64,000 nt of DNA from an uncultured Candidatus Saccharibacteria bacterium. Lineage in GTDB: Bacteria; Patescibacteriota; Doudnabacteria; UBA920. Under the pieces are notes generated by a model that saw only the letters and a list, made by a program, of their open reading frames with translations, did not search any database and was not told the origin of the DNA. The position numbers and the translations under genes were made by a program. Positions 1-9,118 of the stretch are shown in pieces (position 1 is the stretch's first letter; every line of letters starts with the position of its first letter). The stretch spans positions 270,846-334,845 of the forward strand of contig CAZHIA010000001.1 of NCBI GenBank assembly GCA_964532425.1. Reading direction: 5' to 3'.

Positions 1-96
1 AAGGATTTCTTGCATCTACTCCCCGAATTACCCCTTTACCTCATAGGCTTATATAAAAAAACGGCGGCGAACGGTACTGTTCGCCGCCGGCTGGTC

Positions 97-1023
97 TTAG
101 TAAACCAGTTGGAGATTGCTGGACCACACAGCCAGCATTTGGTTGGCCTTTGCTGTCACGCCTTCTTGGGCCGATGCTTCGTTCAAGAGCTCTTGCATCA
201 TGGCCCTGAGCTGGTAGAACGTCACGGCCTCGGCTTTGGTCTTGGCCGGCTGATCCCGAAGCGCTTCCAGGGTTACTTCCTGGTTTCGTACGGTCGCGCC
301 CTGCTGCTTGAGTCCCTCGATGATCTTGGGATCAAGTCCTTCCTTGAGATGGAAGGTGGGCGGGGCTTTGCGGATGGACCTGGTGCGTTCTGATCTGGCC
401 AGAGAAGCTGCCGGCGCTTCTGCCGCGGCTGGGTACCCGTCGGGGAAGACCAGGTTTTCTGGTACTTTGTACGAGCGAAGCCCGAGCAGAAAGGAGAAAT
501 CGCTTCCTCCTTCGCGTGCCGCTCCAATAATGTCGTACAGCAAAGGGACGATGCCGCCTGACCGTTCGTACTTGGGTACCAGAATCGTACCTGCCGGCTT
601 GGTGAATTTTGCCAGATAGGCGTTGATGGCTTTATCATCGCCGTCGCCGACCGGGTCTTCCGCGTCATCGAGTGGGAGCAGAAATCGTGCTTGGACGAGG
701 CCGGAAAGCAGTGGCTCTGGGCTTACGCCGGGCTGTTGCACCAGGGTGAGCTCCAGTGAGCCGGAGTTCCAGCCGTTCTGGCTGACCAGCACGTTCGCCG
801 CAAACATCCAGCCGTCAGGAACGGACTGGGCTTGTAGAAAGTTGACTGGCGAGGGAAGTGCGAGTCCCTGGATGGTCTGGCCGGCCTGCCCTTCGGGAAA
901 AGCGAGCCGCACGGTGCAGCTGCCATCGGCATTGCAAGCCGAAGTAATGCTCGGCATCATGTCAGCACCTCGTGAGAGCGCGCAAAGCGCAATTGTAATC
1001 AGAATGAGTCTCGGAGTTTTCAT
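97..1023 (-). CDS. Hypothetical secreted protein (308 aa)
   Basis: Long ORF with N-terminal signal-like peptide (MKTPRLILITIALCALSRG) and GAGGAG RBS; co-oriented with the upstream gene. Confidence 0.7.
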   Translation of the reverse strand: MKTPRLILITIALCALSRGADMMPSITSACNADGSCTVRLAFPEGQAGQTIQGLALPSPVNFLQAQSVPDGWMFAANVLVSQNGWNSGSLELTLVQQPGVSPEPLLSGLVQARFLLPLDDAEDPVGDGDDKAINAYLAKFTKPAGTILVPKYERSGGIVPLLYDIIGAAREGGSDFSFLLGLRSYKVPENLVFPDGYPAAAEAPAASLARSERTRSIRKAPPTFHLKEGLDPKIIEGLKQQGATVRNQEVTLEALRDQPAKTKAEAVTFYQLRAMMQELLNEASAQEGVTAKANQMLAVWSSNLQLVY

Positions 1024-1038
1024 TTTTCGTCTCCTCGG

Positions 1039-1815
1039 TCAGAACCCCATAAATCCCAAGAACCCCATTTCGGATCCTTTACCCGCAAGGTGGAAAATGC
1101 CGTTGCCCCGCGAACTCGCGACAAAACCTTGGGCGAGCGCGAGGTAGCGGAAGAACTTATCGATCCCGGGTGGCACGGAAACATCCGCCTCCTTGCCGGT
1201 AAAGTGCTTTTCCGGTCCGGGCGGGCTTGTCCAGGCTAACGTAGTACAATACGTTCCCGCGCTGGGCAGGGCGATCCTGCCAATGATGAGCGGGCCGATA
1301 TTGCCCATTTGCATGGCTTGGCCGAGATTGACGAGGCCGTAAACCGTCCCTTGTGTCCCAAAGGAATTCATTGGGTGAATGGGATCGCCCTTGGGCGTGA
1401 CGTAGTCAGCTGCATTGTGGTAAGGGAGAAAGAAAAGACCTCCGTATCCGACAGCCATGTAGCTGTCCTTGATAAACACGTCCTCTGTGCTTTCGCCGTA
1501 TACCCGGTAGAGGCCGGAGAACTCGGGGAGTCGCCACGTGAAATGGATTTTTCCGTCCATGTCCGAAATCAATTCCAATTGCGTAATGACTCCGTTGGGC
1601 GGTATGCCGATATGGTTCATATGTCCACCGGTGTCATCGAGGCGCTGGACATGGACTGTTGCAGGTACTCCGGCCAGTGGCCTTCGTGACGGCAGCTCGA
1701 AAATTTCCAACACGCCGGCGACGAGTGCTCCTGGTGGTTTATAGGCAACTCCGTCGGACCGCGCAGGCACTTGCGTGACAACAAAAACGAAGCAAGCCAT
1801 CATGGCTTTCTTCAT
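1039..1815 (-). CDS. Hypothetical secreted protein with a possible degenerate MepA/LAS-type peptidase C-terminal domain
   Basis: Start re-placed at ATG 1815 (AGGAGG RBS, signal peptide MKKAMMACFVFVV). C-terminus has ALPSAG...KHFTGKEADV...FHL, reminiscent of MepA-like SLPxGG/HxxGxxxD motifs. Confidence 0.55.
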   Translation of the reverse strand: MKKAMMACFVFVVTQVPARSDGVAYKPPGALVAGVLEIFELPSRRPLAGVPATVHVQRLDDTGGHMNHIGIPPNGVITQLELISDMDGKIHFTWRLPEFSGLYRVYGESTEDVFIKDSYMAVGYGGLFFLPYHNAADYVTPKGDPIHPMNSFGTQGTVYGLVNLGQAMQMGNIGPLIIGRIALPSAGTYCTTLAWTSPPGPEKHFTGKEADVSVPPGIDKFFRYLALAQGFVASSRGNGIFHLAGKGSEMGFLGFMGF

Positions 1816-1904
1816 GTGTGGTGTCCTCCTTCTGTTGCTCGAATGAGCCTTAGAATATAGCAAATATCGGCTTAGCTGTCAACAGTTTTAGCCTGCAAAA
1901 TAAA

Positions 1905-1929
1905 AACAAGAGCTGCGTACAGCTCTTGT
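1905..1929. terminator. Intrinsic terminator-like hairpin
   Basis: ACAAGAGCTG-cgta-CAGCTCTTGT with an A-run on the left, downstream of minus-strand gene 1952-2437. Confidence 0.6.
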
Positions 1930-1951
1930 CTGAGTGTGGTGCCTGAGCCTA

Positions 1952-2437
1952 CTATCCCAAGCTTAACCAGCGGATTTGGCGGGGTACCTTCTGGGTTTTA
2001 TTAAGCGCTTCTATGAGCGCTCCGGCTGTGGTGACATCTTTTGGGATGCGGAAGATTTCGTACATCGCATTCCAGCCGAGACTCACCCCGAGCTCTTCCC
2101 GCACTTTCTGGTCTGAGGGGATCGGGGTCTCGTCAGTGATCAGTGAAGGGCGAATCTTCAGTAGGCAAGAGAGTTGGTATAGCGCAGCATAGCGAATGCG
2201 TTCAGAGCGGTCGTGGGTTTCGCGGGAGTTGGTTAAGCATTCCAAAGCTTCCTCTCTGCGGAGTTCTTCCTGCTCCGCCGCCGCCCAGTCGTCCTCGGGC
2301 GAGCCGGGTGTGCCGTTCTGTTCCCGCTCAAGAGATAAAAAGTAAGCGCGCACGCTGATGCGGTGCTGTCGCTTTTGGTCTTCCTTCATGTTGCGCCAGG
2401 TTTCTTCCGGCAGCATCCATTCATCGGTCATGGTCAA
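1952..2437 (-). CDS. DUF2934-like domain protein
   Basis: Motif ISVRAYFLSLERE..G.PGSPEDDWAAAEQE matches the DUF2934 pattern; GGAGG RBS. Confidence 0.65.
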   Translation of the reverse strand: MTMTDEWMLPEETWRNMKEDQKRQHRISVRAYFLSLEREQNGTPGSPEDDWAAAEQEELRREEALECLTNSRETHDRSERIRYAALYQLSCLLKIRPSLITDETPIPSDQKVREELGVSLGWNAMYEIFRIPKDVTTAGALIEALNKTQKVPRQIRWLSLG

Positions 2438-2516
2438 CCCTCCTTGGTGATAATAACGTTGTATTTAATCACATATAGGCTCCCGAGTCAACTGTAGTAT
2501 TGAGGTATAGAACCTC

Positions 2517-2546
2517 TTGACATATTGGATAAAATTTGTCATAATG
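2517..2546 (+). promoter_or_regulatory. Sigma70-type promoter
   Basis: TTGACA-N17-CATAAT upstream of ORF 2593. Confidence 0.5.
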
Positions 2547-2592
2547 TCGAGTTGTAGTTTTCCAAAGTAAAGGAGGTATAACCGATATAAGC

Positions 2593-4194
2593 ATGTCAGA
2601 GTACACGCTGGAAGAGCTTCAAGAGCTTGCCCTGCCGGCTCTGCGGCATGCGGAGCTGGTTACATTGGCAGGCAATCAGAGTCCCACCAGGACATACGAA
2701 CTTGCAATTGCGAAATGGCCTCGCCGACAGGCGAAGGCCGCGCGGTATCTGGCGATGCTGCGTACGCGTTTTGGACAGAAGGCATATAAAGCCTTCATAG
2801 CTTCTGTAGAGCACGTTCGGCCGCAAGGCACAGAGCACGCTCAAGGAGAGGAAAAGATGAGTAAGACAGTACAGAGCCGTCCGCCGGAGTTTTTGTATCC
2901 GACAATGCGGCAGTTTCCGTTCGATGAAGTTTGCGAGCAGATCGTTCGCGAACTTGAAAAACGTAACTGGAAAGTTCCTGGTGTTGAAACCGAGTTCAGT
3001 GAATACGGTTCCGGCGACCAGAAGTACCGCCATGTTCAGCAGATTAGCGGAGACGAGTTCAAACTGCATTTTTGTCGCAAGCAGCGAACCATGCCAGGCG
3101 GGCAGTGGAACGATGTTGCCGCCGTGACGCAGGTCAACATTCCCCGAGCAGAATTGCACGTCTACGAAGACGAGTCCGGGCCGACATTGTATTTGTATGC
3201 CGGCGACGACTGGGAACGCGACCGCGAAGGATTTGTCAGCGGTTCGAAGGTCAACAGCAAGCTGAACGGCAAGCCGCGCACCTATCTGAAGTACAAAGGC
3301 GCGTGGAGCAATCCGGCCAAATATATTTATCCAGGCCAGCGCCCTCCCTTGCTGGTCTCTGACAACGACCTCGGCCGCGAATATGATCCAGTTGTTAAGA
3401 TGGATGCGGTGGAATTGGCGCCGGGCTGTGTGGTCATCGATATCGAGTCCGAGCCGGTGCAGTTCAAAACGGCGGACGTCATGGACGGCTTCACCCGGTG
3501 GCTCCAAGACCACGTTCTAGCGCTCATCCTGTCCCATCCAATTGCCGAGACTGAACCGGAAACTATTCCGGCAGTTGTACCGTTTCCACAACTCACCATT
3601 CTGGGCGAGCTGTTCTGCTTCGGCGAATATCGCGATGCACAGCGGATCAAACAGGGCAAGGCCGACCCTTCCCAGCTGGAAGCGCACGAGCGCTACGGCA
3701 TGCAAGGGAACGGGTACCGGCTCGTACCCTTTGACGTTTCGGACGACGGAACTCTGCCCAAGATAGCCTACGAAGGCTTCTTGTGGTGCGGGATCGCCCC
3801 GGCGCACATTGTGGTTAGCCTGTCGGAACTGGAAGTGCCGGGTCACATGCGCTGGTCAGATCGTGACGGCTGCGTCATCCGTGTTCGGCCCAGGAGCGGC
3901 GATGGCATTTACATTGCCGACCATGGCGAGTACGAGCAGCGCCGCGCGGAGATCGAGGCATTTGCCTTTCAAACTGAACCGGAACGGACTCGGCTGACTG
4001 GTACCGAGGTCGCGGAATTTATCCGCGCCCGCGGCCGGACCATTGTTCCCATCACGGAGTATAAAGGCGGCTTCAGCAAGCCGGTCGTACTCATTTGCCG
4101 GGAGCTGGGGTTCGACGAAGTCGAGATTGTGGAAGGGCCATGGTTTGACGGGTTGCTAGTGAAAGGAGCGTCTTCACATGATGCTCAGGGATAA
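2593..4194 (+). CDS. Hypothetical protein (533 aa; alternative start at 2857)
   Basis: Long ORF; AGGAGG upstream of 2593 and a second GGAGAGG RBS before MSKTVQ at 2857; no recognised motif. Confidence 0.75.
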   Translation: MSEYTLEELQELALPALRHAELVTLAGNQSPTRTYELAIAKWPRRQAKAARYLAMLRTRFGQKAYKAFIASVEHVRPQGTEHAQGEEKMSKTVQSRPPEFLYPTMRQFPFDEVCEQIVRELEKRNWKVPGVETEFSEYGSGDQKYRHVQQISGDEFKLHFCRKQRTMPGGQWNDVAAVTQVNIPRAELHVYEDESGPTLYLYAGDDWERDREGFVSGSKVNSKLNGKPRTYLKYKGAWSNPAKYIYPGQRPPLLVSDNDLGREYDPVVKMDAVELAPGCVVIDIESEPVQFKTADVMDGFTRWLQDHVLALILSHPIAETEPETIPAVVPFPQLTILGELFCFGEYRDAQRIKQGKADPSQLEAHERYGMQGNGYRLVPFDVSDDGTLPKIAYEGFLWCGIAPAHIVVSLSELEVPGHMRWSDRDGCVIRVRPRSGDGIYIADHGEYEQRRAEIEAFAFQTEPERTRLTGTEVAEFIRARGRTIVPITEYKGGFSKPVVLICRELGFDEVEIVEGPWFDGLLVKGASSHDAQG

Positions 4195-4417
4195 GCTTGG
4201 CCGGTTCAAGACCGCAAAACCATACCGGGTAACCCTGCGGAACCTGAGCCTTCCTGAGAGCCAATCTTGGCTGAAGGAATGGAAGTATGCGAGTTATTCG
4301 GGAGCTCGCAAGAAATTCAACAAAGTCAAACGAGAGCTTGAGTACTTGCATGCGGTCAGCATGAGCCGAAAGATCGGCGTTGGCTGCTACGAGCTCATGG
4401 CTGGAGCGAGAGGATAG
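4178..4417 (+). CDS. Small basic hypothetical protein
   Basis: AAGGAG RBS; overlaps the upstream stop as in an operon. Confidence 0.5.
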   Translation: MMLRDKLGRFKTAKPYRVTLRNLSLPESQSWLKEWKYASYSGARKKFNKVKRELEYLHAVSMSRKIGVGCYELMAGARG

Positions 4418-4431
4418 GATAGGAGGAGAAC

Positions 4432-4665
4432 ATGACAAGCCCATACAAGAAATACCTGCAGGTGCTTCTGGATTCGACCGTTGAGGTCCGGATTGACCGT
4501 GATGGCGCTCCCAGCGTGGACGGCACGGTCAAGGAAGTCGAAGACGATGCCTGTGTCATCCAGAGCAGGGATGACAATCCTGAACTGGTGCGCGTGCACT
4601 ACATCGCGTACGACGACATTCGCGGCGTCAGCCGGCTTGACCATAACTACGACATAATCGGTTAA
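4432..4665 (+). CDS. Small protein, probable Sm-like/SH3 beta-barrel
   Basis: AGGAGG RBS; helix followed by VEV..VDGTVKEVEDDACVI..HYIAYDDIRGV, a pattern typical of LSm-like folds. Confidence 0.6.
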   Translation: MTSPYKKYLQVLLDSTVEVRIDRDGAPSVDGTVKEVEDDACVIQSRDDNPELVRVHYIAYDDIRGVSRLDHNYDIIG

Positions 4666-4677
4666 TGTACAAACAAC

Positions 4678-4708
4678 AACGCACTGGGGAAACCCGGTGC
4701 GTTTTTTT
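4678..4708 (+). terminator. Intrinsic terminator
   Basis: AACGCACTGGG-gaaa-CCCGGTGCGTT followed by a T-run. Confidence 0.75.
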
Positions 4709-4798
4709 ATGTGGCATTGACGAGCCTGGTCAAAAAGAGTATATTGTGAAGTCGTACTATTTTGAGGCTGTCGAAAAGAAAAAGACAAGGAGGCGGGC

Positions 4799-5101
4799 AT
4801 GAAGAGATGGGTAATCGTTGAGCTGAGTGTGTTGATCCTCGTGATCTATTCGGCAGCGATGTACCAGGTCGGCTACCGCATGGCAGGAAACAATTATCGG
4901 GCCGAATTGCAGATTGCATCTGCGGAAGTGAAAAAGTCATCGGACCAGGCCGAAGAGATCTTGAAAAGTTTGCAGAAAGCCAAGCAGGACCAGGATGCTG
5001 AAACTGCCGCTATCAACAAGCAGCTGGACCGGGCTTTCCAAGACGTGAAGGAGTTGAAAGCGGAAACAGCCAGGCTGATGAAGCAGTGCGGCGTGAAGTA
5101 A
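4799..5101 (+). CDS. Membrane-anchored coiled-coil hypothetical protein
   Basis: AGGAGG RBS, N-terminal TM helix, heptad-rich tail. Confidence 0.7.
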   Translation: MKRWVIVELSVLILVIYSAAMYQVGYRMAGNNYRAELQIASAEVKKSSDQAEEILKSLQKAKQDQDAETAAINKQLDRAFQDVKELKAETARLMKQCGVK

Positions 5102-5115
5102 CAAGGAGGAATACG

Positions 5116-5289
5116 ATGAAGTGGTTTACATACCAGCTTCGCTGTATGTTGGGTGAGAGCTACCTTATGTGGGCGCTCAAAATGTTTCCTCCGGATTCGG
5201 AGGAACGGCAAGAGCTGGTAGAATTCGTCGCCGGCTTTATGAGGCGGCGCACGGAATTGCGGCCTCACCTCGAGCAGGATCGCGGGTAA
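5116..5289 (+). CDS. Small hypothetical protein
   Basis: AAGGAGG RBS before ATG 5116; followed by a hairpin terminator. Confidence 0.5.
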   Translation: MKWFTYQLRCMLGESYLMWALKMFPPDSEERQELVEFVAGFMRRRTELRPHLEQDRG

Positions 5290-5295
5290 TATTGC

Positions 5296-5325
5296 AAAAG
5301 CCGTTCCGGTTTACGGAACGGCTTT
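5296..5325. terminator. Bidirectional terminator
   Basis: AAAGCCGTTCCG-gttta-CGGAACGGCTTT between convergent genes. Confidence 0.7.
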
Positions 5326-5334
5326 CTTATTGGT

Positions 5335-6180
5335 TTAGTCTTCGTTGCTTTCTCGCTGCTTCTCTTTCCGTTTTTCGCTTTGGTTGTGTTGGTCTTCCCT
5401 GTCCTTGGAACCACGAAAACCGCCCTTGAGCGAAGGCAGTGTCGAAGTGGTGCTGGTGCCCTGGACCTGGGCAGGGGGCAAGACCGGTGTGGTGGCTGGT
5501 GCGATGGATTGATCCTGTGCGTCAGTTTTTTCCTGGTCATGCGCTGCGCGCGCCCGGTCCCCGGGACCGTCCTCGCTGTTGTTCTTGTCCTGGTGCGGGA
5601 TGTTTACTTTGGCCTTTTTTGCGTGGGTCTTCAATTCTTGAATTGTGGTGTCGATGTCCTGGGCTTCATGGGATTGTCCGTGTTCTTCTTTATCCTTCTG
5701 AACATTCGAAAGGTCATCGATGGCCTGCTGGACCTGGGTCGCTGCCTCATTTTGGACCTGGGAAGGCACGGGCATATTGGCCTTTGGCGCGCTGGTCTGA
5801 ATTTTCTCGATCTCCTTCAGGCGCTGCTCGGCATGCTTGGCCTGGACCACGGCTTTCTTTTCCGGCGTGGGAGCCAGTGTAAGTTCAACTTTTTCCTTGG
5901 CCAATTTAACCGGATACAGCGGGTCTCCCGGTACGGTGCCTGATGCCGCGCCTACCGTGCCTGCCGTAATAGCTATGCCGGCAATGACCGCAGTACCAAA
6001 CTGGACCATGCGAATATGCGCGCGCCAAAAGGGAACTGTGCGCTGAGCCTCCGGCTGTTGCTGGGGAATGAGCGCGGCTTGCTGCAAGATGGCCGTGCGG
6101 ATGCGGGCTTTGGCGTGCGGTGCTAAGGAGAGTTTGCGGCGGAGGCTTTCGAATATGGAGTTGTCAGGCGTGCGGTTCAT
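5335..6180 (-). CDS. DUF5667 membrane protein, putative anti-sigma factor
   Basis: TM helix then ..PGDPLYPVKLAKEKVELTL...HAEQRLKE (DUF5667 signature); overlaps the ECF sigma stop. Confidence 0.8.
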   Translation of the reverse strand: MNRTPDNSIFESLRRKLSLAPHAKARIRTAILQQAALIPQQQPEAQRTVPFWRAHIRMVQFGTAVIAGIAITAGTVGAASGTVPGDPLYPVKLAKEKVELTLAPTPEKKAVVQAKHAEQRLKEIEKIQTSAPKANMPVPSQVQNEAATQVQQAIDDLSNVQKDKEEHGQSHEAQDIDTTIQELKTHAKKAKVNIPHQDKNNSEDGPGDRARAAHDQEKTDAQDQSIAPATTPVLPPAQVQGTSTTSTLPSLKGGFRGSKDREDQHNQSEKRKEKQRESNED

Positions 6181-6727
6181 GGTCGTGGTTAATGAGTGCT
6201 TGTAATTTTTTTACGGCGCGGTGTTGGATGAGGCGAACTGCCAGGCTGCTCTTGCCGGTGATCTTGGCAGTTTCCTGGATTGAGTACTCGGAGAGATATC
6301 TCAGTTCCAAAATTGTGCGGTAGTGGGCGGGCAGTTTGGCAAGCAGTGCGGCTAATGCCCGGGCATCAATCTGCGCATCAATCGCAGCGCTATCGCGGGA
6401 TTCGACGGGAGTATCGAGATCGTCCAAAAGTTCCACTTCCTGCGGCTGGCGGACATTGCGGCGGTAATGATCGTGGCAGGTGTTGGAGGCAATGCGGTAC
6501 ATCCAGGCTGAAAAATTACCTCCCTGTTCCAGGCGGAACGTAGGCAGACCGCGCCAGGCTTTGAGGAACGTTTCCTGCAGCAGATCTTCGGCCGCTTGCC
6601 GTCCATTGACTTTAAGCCGAATGTAGCGGAATAGGGAATCAGCGAGCAGGTCGTAAATCTTTCCAAAAGCCTCGGTGTCGCCGTGCTGTGCCTTTTCTAT
6701 AAATGGGGTAAGTTCGTTTGTGTTCAC
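6164..6727 (-). CDS. ECF (sigma-70 group 4) RNA polymerase sigma factor
   Basis: AQHGDTEAFGKIY, AEDLLQETFLKAW, FSAWMYRIA (region 2); LPAHYRTILELRY...IQETAKI (region 4). Confidence 0.93.
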   Translation of the reverse strand: MNTNELTPFIEKAQHGDTEAFGKIYDLLADSLFRYIRLKVNGRQAAEDLLQETFLKAWRGLPTFRLEQGGNFSAWMYRIASNTCHDHYRRNVRQPQEVELLDDLDTPVESRDSAAIDAQIDARALAALLAKLPAHYRTILELRYLSEYSIQETAKITGKSSLAVRLIQHRAVKKLQALINHDHEPHA

Positions 6728-6800
6728 TCAGTATAACGAAAAATTTTCAGGACTGTTTCCCTGGTATTATAGGTCAGAAAGCCGCAAATTGCCACGTTGG

Positions 6801-7151
6801 CTATTCTTCTTCCAGGTCCCGGAGTTCCCGGGAATCGGGAGTTGCCCTATCATCATCGTCATCTGTGTCGCGTATTCGGACAGTATTAATGGCCGGCGCA
6901 ATTGCGGTGCTGCTTGATACTGTCTGGGCGGTTATCGGCTGAACAGCCCGCGCAGCTGCATTCAGGCGGGCTGGCTGCTCGGGCGCGGGTTTGGCGGATC
7001 GATCCGACTGCTGGGCTGTGGGCTGGGTTTTAGCCGCTGAATCAAAACTTCCCGCGCGTTTAATATTCCCGTGGGCTGCCGAAGCAATAATGACAGCACA
7101 GCCGCTCACCACGGCAGCTGTGGCTATGATCGAAAACAGATCATTTTTCAT
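6801..7151 (-). CDS. Hypothetical exported low-complexity protein
   Basis: N-terminal hydrophobic segment, acidic tail. Confidence 0.55.
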   Translation of the reverse strand: MKNDLFSIIATAAVVSGCAVIIASAAHGNIKRAGSFDSAAKTQPTAQQSDRSAKPAPEQPARLNAAARAVQPITAQTVSSSTAIAPAINTVRIRDTDDDDDRATPDSRELRDLEEE

Positions 7152-7250
7152 AGGGGCTTATTATATGCTTATGCAAAGTATAACGGCAATTTTTCCGCTT
7201 TGTTTCGGATACTAAAACCCCCGGGCCAGCCCGGGGGTAAGGAAGTGATG

Positions 7251-7877
7251 CTATTTGAGCAATGATTTTAAATTGGCGATCTTGCCGTCCGTAACCACCC
7301 ATTCGTAAATGTCAGTATTGGCAATGTCCTTGCCTGTTTCGCCGGGATGGAAGATGCGGGAAATTTCCGGGAAGTGGAATAAAATGAGCCGAATGATGCC
7401 GCCGTGGGTAATAATACCAATGCTGTTATTGGAATAGTTTTGGACCATATCGAGCAGGGAACTGACCATGCGCTGACGCACGTCTTCGACTGACTCTCCG
7501 CCGAACGGATGGTAATCGTACATTTGCATCTGTTCGGAACGCTTCCAGTCCGGCACTAGGTGCTGGATCTCTTCCTCGGGTTTGCCGGAGAGTGAACCGA
7601 AGTCACGCTCGCGCAGCCGGTAATCGTGCAGAATGGGTACCGGCTCTTTCATGTGCTTATTCAGAATGGCGGCGCTTTCCTCGGCGCGGTAAAGGTAGGA
7701 GGTGAACAGGATGTCGAGGTCCAAAAAACTGACGAGCTTGGCCAGGTGTTCCATCTGCAGAATGCCGGTTGTATCCAGGTACTCATTAATATGGACCCCT
7801 TGCTTGATGTGGTCGGCATTACTGGCGGTCTGTCCGTGCCGGATAAAATAGAGGGTCGTTTGCGGTTTCAAATTCAT
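7251..7877 (-). CDS. Histidine phosphatase (phosphoglycerate mutase) family protein
   Basis: LYFIRHGQT, LRERDFG, GGES, THGG motifs. Confidence 0.92.
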   Translation of the reverse strand: MNLKPQTTLYFIRHGQTASNADHIKQGVHINEYLDTTGILQMEHLAKLVSFLDLDILFTSYLYRAEESAAILNKHMKEPVPILHDYRLRERDFGSLSGKPEEEIQHLVPDWKRSEQMQMYDYHPFGGESVEDVRQRMVSSLLDMVQNYSNNSIGIITHGGIIRLILFHFPEISRIFHPGETGKDIANTDIYEWVVTDGKIANLKSLLK

Positions 7878-8092
7878 GATACAATAACAAAATTATCTAA
7901 AATAAGCCCTTCAGTAGTATATCAGACAATAGTAGAAAGTGAATAGTGACGAGTGGATAGCGCTTGCGTACCTTGACTGCCGGAGTAATTCGCCGGTCGA
8001 TATATGCAAAAAGGACAGCCATTGAGGTATTCCAACAATGACTGCCCTATAAGCTATAACCTAAAAGCTATCAGCTAACGTTTCCGCTCGCC

Positions 8093-8509
8093 TTATTTTG
8101 CCGCAGGCTTGGCTGCTTTCTTGGCAGCCGGCTTGCGCTTGGGCGCGGTCTGGGCTTTTAAGTGCCCGGAAATGTTCTTCCAGTGCTTGCGCATATCCGC
8201 AGCCAGCTCGGTAATTTCCTGGGGATCGATGTTCTTGATCTTCTTGTACTTGTCCATGACCTGGTCAACCACCATATTGTAGTTGCCTTCGGACATATCC
8301 TTCATTTTTTCCAGACGCTCGACAACCTCGCCGCGGGCCTTGATCATCCAGCCGCGCATTTTTTTGCGGTTCTTGGCTGCGTCTTTTGAGCCGTAAAAAT
8401 AGAAGGCGCCAGCTGCGGCTGCGGCTAGGGCGGCCAGGGAAGCGGCACCAATGCCGACCTTGGCTCCGGTGGACATTTTTCCGTTATTGGATTCTTGCTT
8501 ACTTGGCAT
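8093..8509 (-). CDS. Hypothetical membrane-anchored protein with K/A-rich tail (YtxH-like architecture)
   Basis: AAAAGAFYFYG..A.KNRKK pattern, AAGGA RBS. Confidence 0.7.
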   Translation of the reverse strand: MPSKQESNNGKMSTGAKVGIGAASLAALAAAAAGAFYFYGSKDAAKNRKKMRGWMIKARGEVVERLEKMKDMSEGNYNMVVDQVMDKYKKIKNIDPQEITELAADMRKHWKNISGHLKAQTAPKRKPAAKKAAKPAAK

Positions 8510-8526
8510 GATATTCCTTTCGTAAA

Positions 8527-8722
8527 GGACTTATGCGCTTGCCCGAGTACGACACCTTTTGGCCGGGCAAAGCCCGAGCCAAAGGCGTTTAGGTATTTTG
8601 TGAGGATTGACCGAGCCGTACTTGGAGGTACGGTGAGACCAACCGGAGCAAAATAACGAAGTAATCGGGCTAGCCCTCGTGGTTTCGCCCTGTGTTTAAT
8701 GTTGGGCGAAACGCATAAGTCC
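8527..8722. mobile_element. About 196-bp MITE-like or structured element with terminal inverted repeats
   Basis: GGACTTATGCG (8527) ... CGCATAAGTCC (8722), extending imperfectly inward; internal hairpin CCGTAC-ttggag-GTACGG; fills almost the whole intergenic gap. Confidence 0.55.
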
Positions 8723-8726
8723 GTTG

Positions 8727-8990
8727 TTATTTTTTGTGACGTTTATATATACTCGCAATGAACTTGCCGAGGTGCTTGAACTTCAAGCCTTCCTGGCGGG
8801 CGTTGGCTCGTAGGTCTTCCAAATCCTGGGCCAGGTTTTCTGTTTCGGTCTTGGCGGTTTGGGATATTTTTTTGACATCCCTCAGGATCTTGATAATGTA
8901 GTAACCTACCACCGCGATTACAATGATGAACATTATGACCGCGATCGTGGTTATCACAAAAAATACATCCATTTTTATAAAGTCATTCAT
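8727..8990 (-). CDS. Small membrane protein (DUF948-like TM + coiled coil)
   Basis: MDVFFVITTIAV.. TM helix then coiled coil; TGGTATAAT extended -10 lies 6 nt before the ATG. Confidence 0.7.
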   Translation of the reverse strand: MNDFIKMDVFFVITTIAVIMFIIVIAVVGYYIIKILRDVKKISQTAKTETENLAQDLEDLRANARQEGLKFKHLGKFIASIYKRHKK

Positions 8991-9118
8991 ATGGGTATTA
9001 TACCATACTAGACGTGCCGTCCTCTCATTTTTTACCGACAGTCATGCCAATAAACTAATAGAAAGATTAAAGATAGAAAAATAGAAAGATTTGAACTGGC
9101 AACTAACATATCCTCAAA

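Noticed and set aside
2596-3513. Long antisense ORFs (this one and e.g. 5380-5943, 17029-17691, 21051-21806, 30766-31377, 34736-35371)
   Set aside because: Shadow frames opposite better-supported genes, with no motifs
97-5289. Prophage
   Set aside because: No recognisable terminase, capsid, portal, tail or integrase genes
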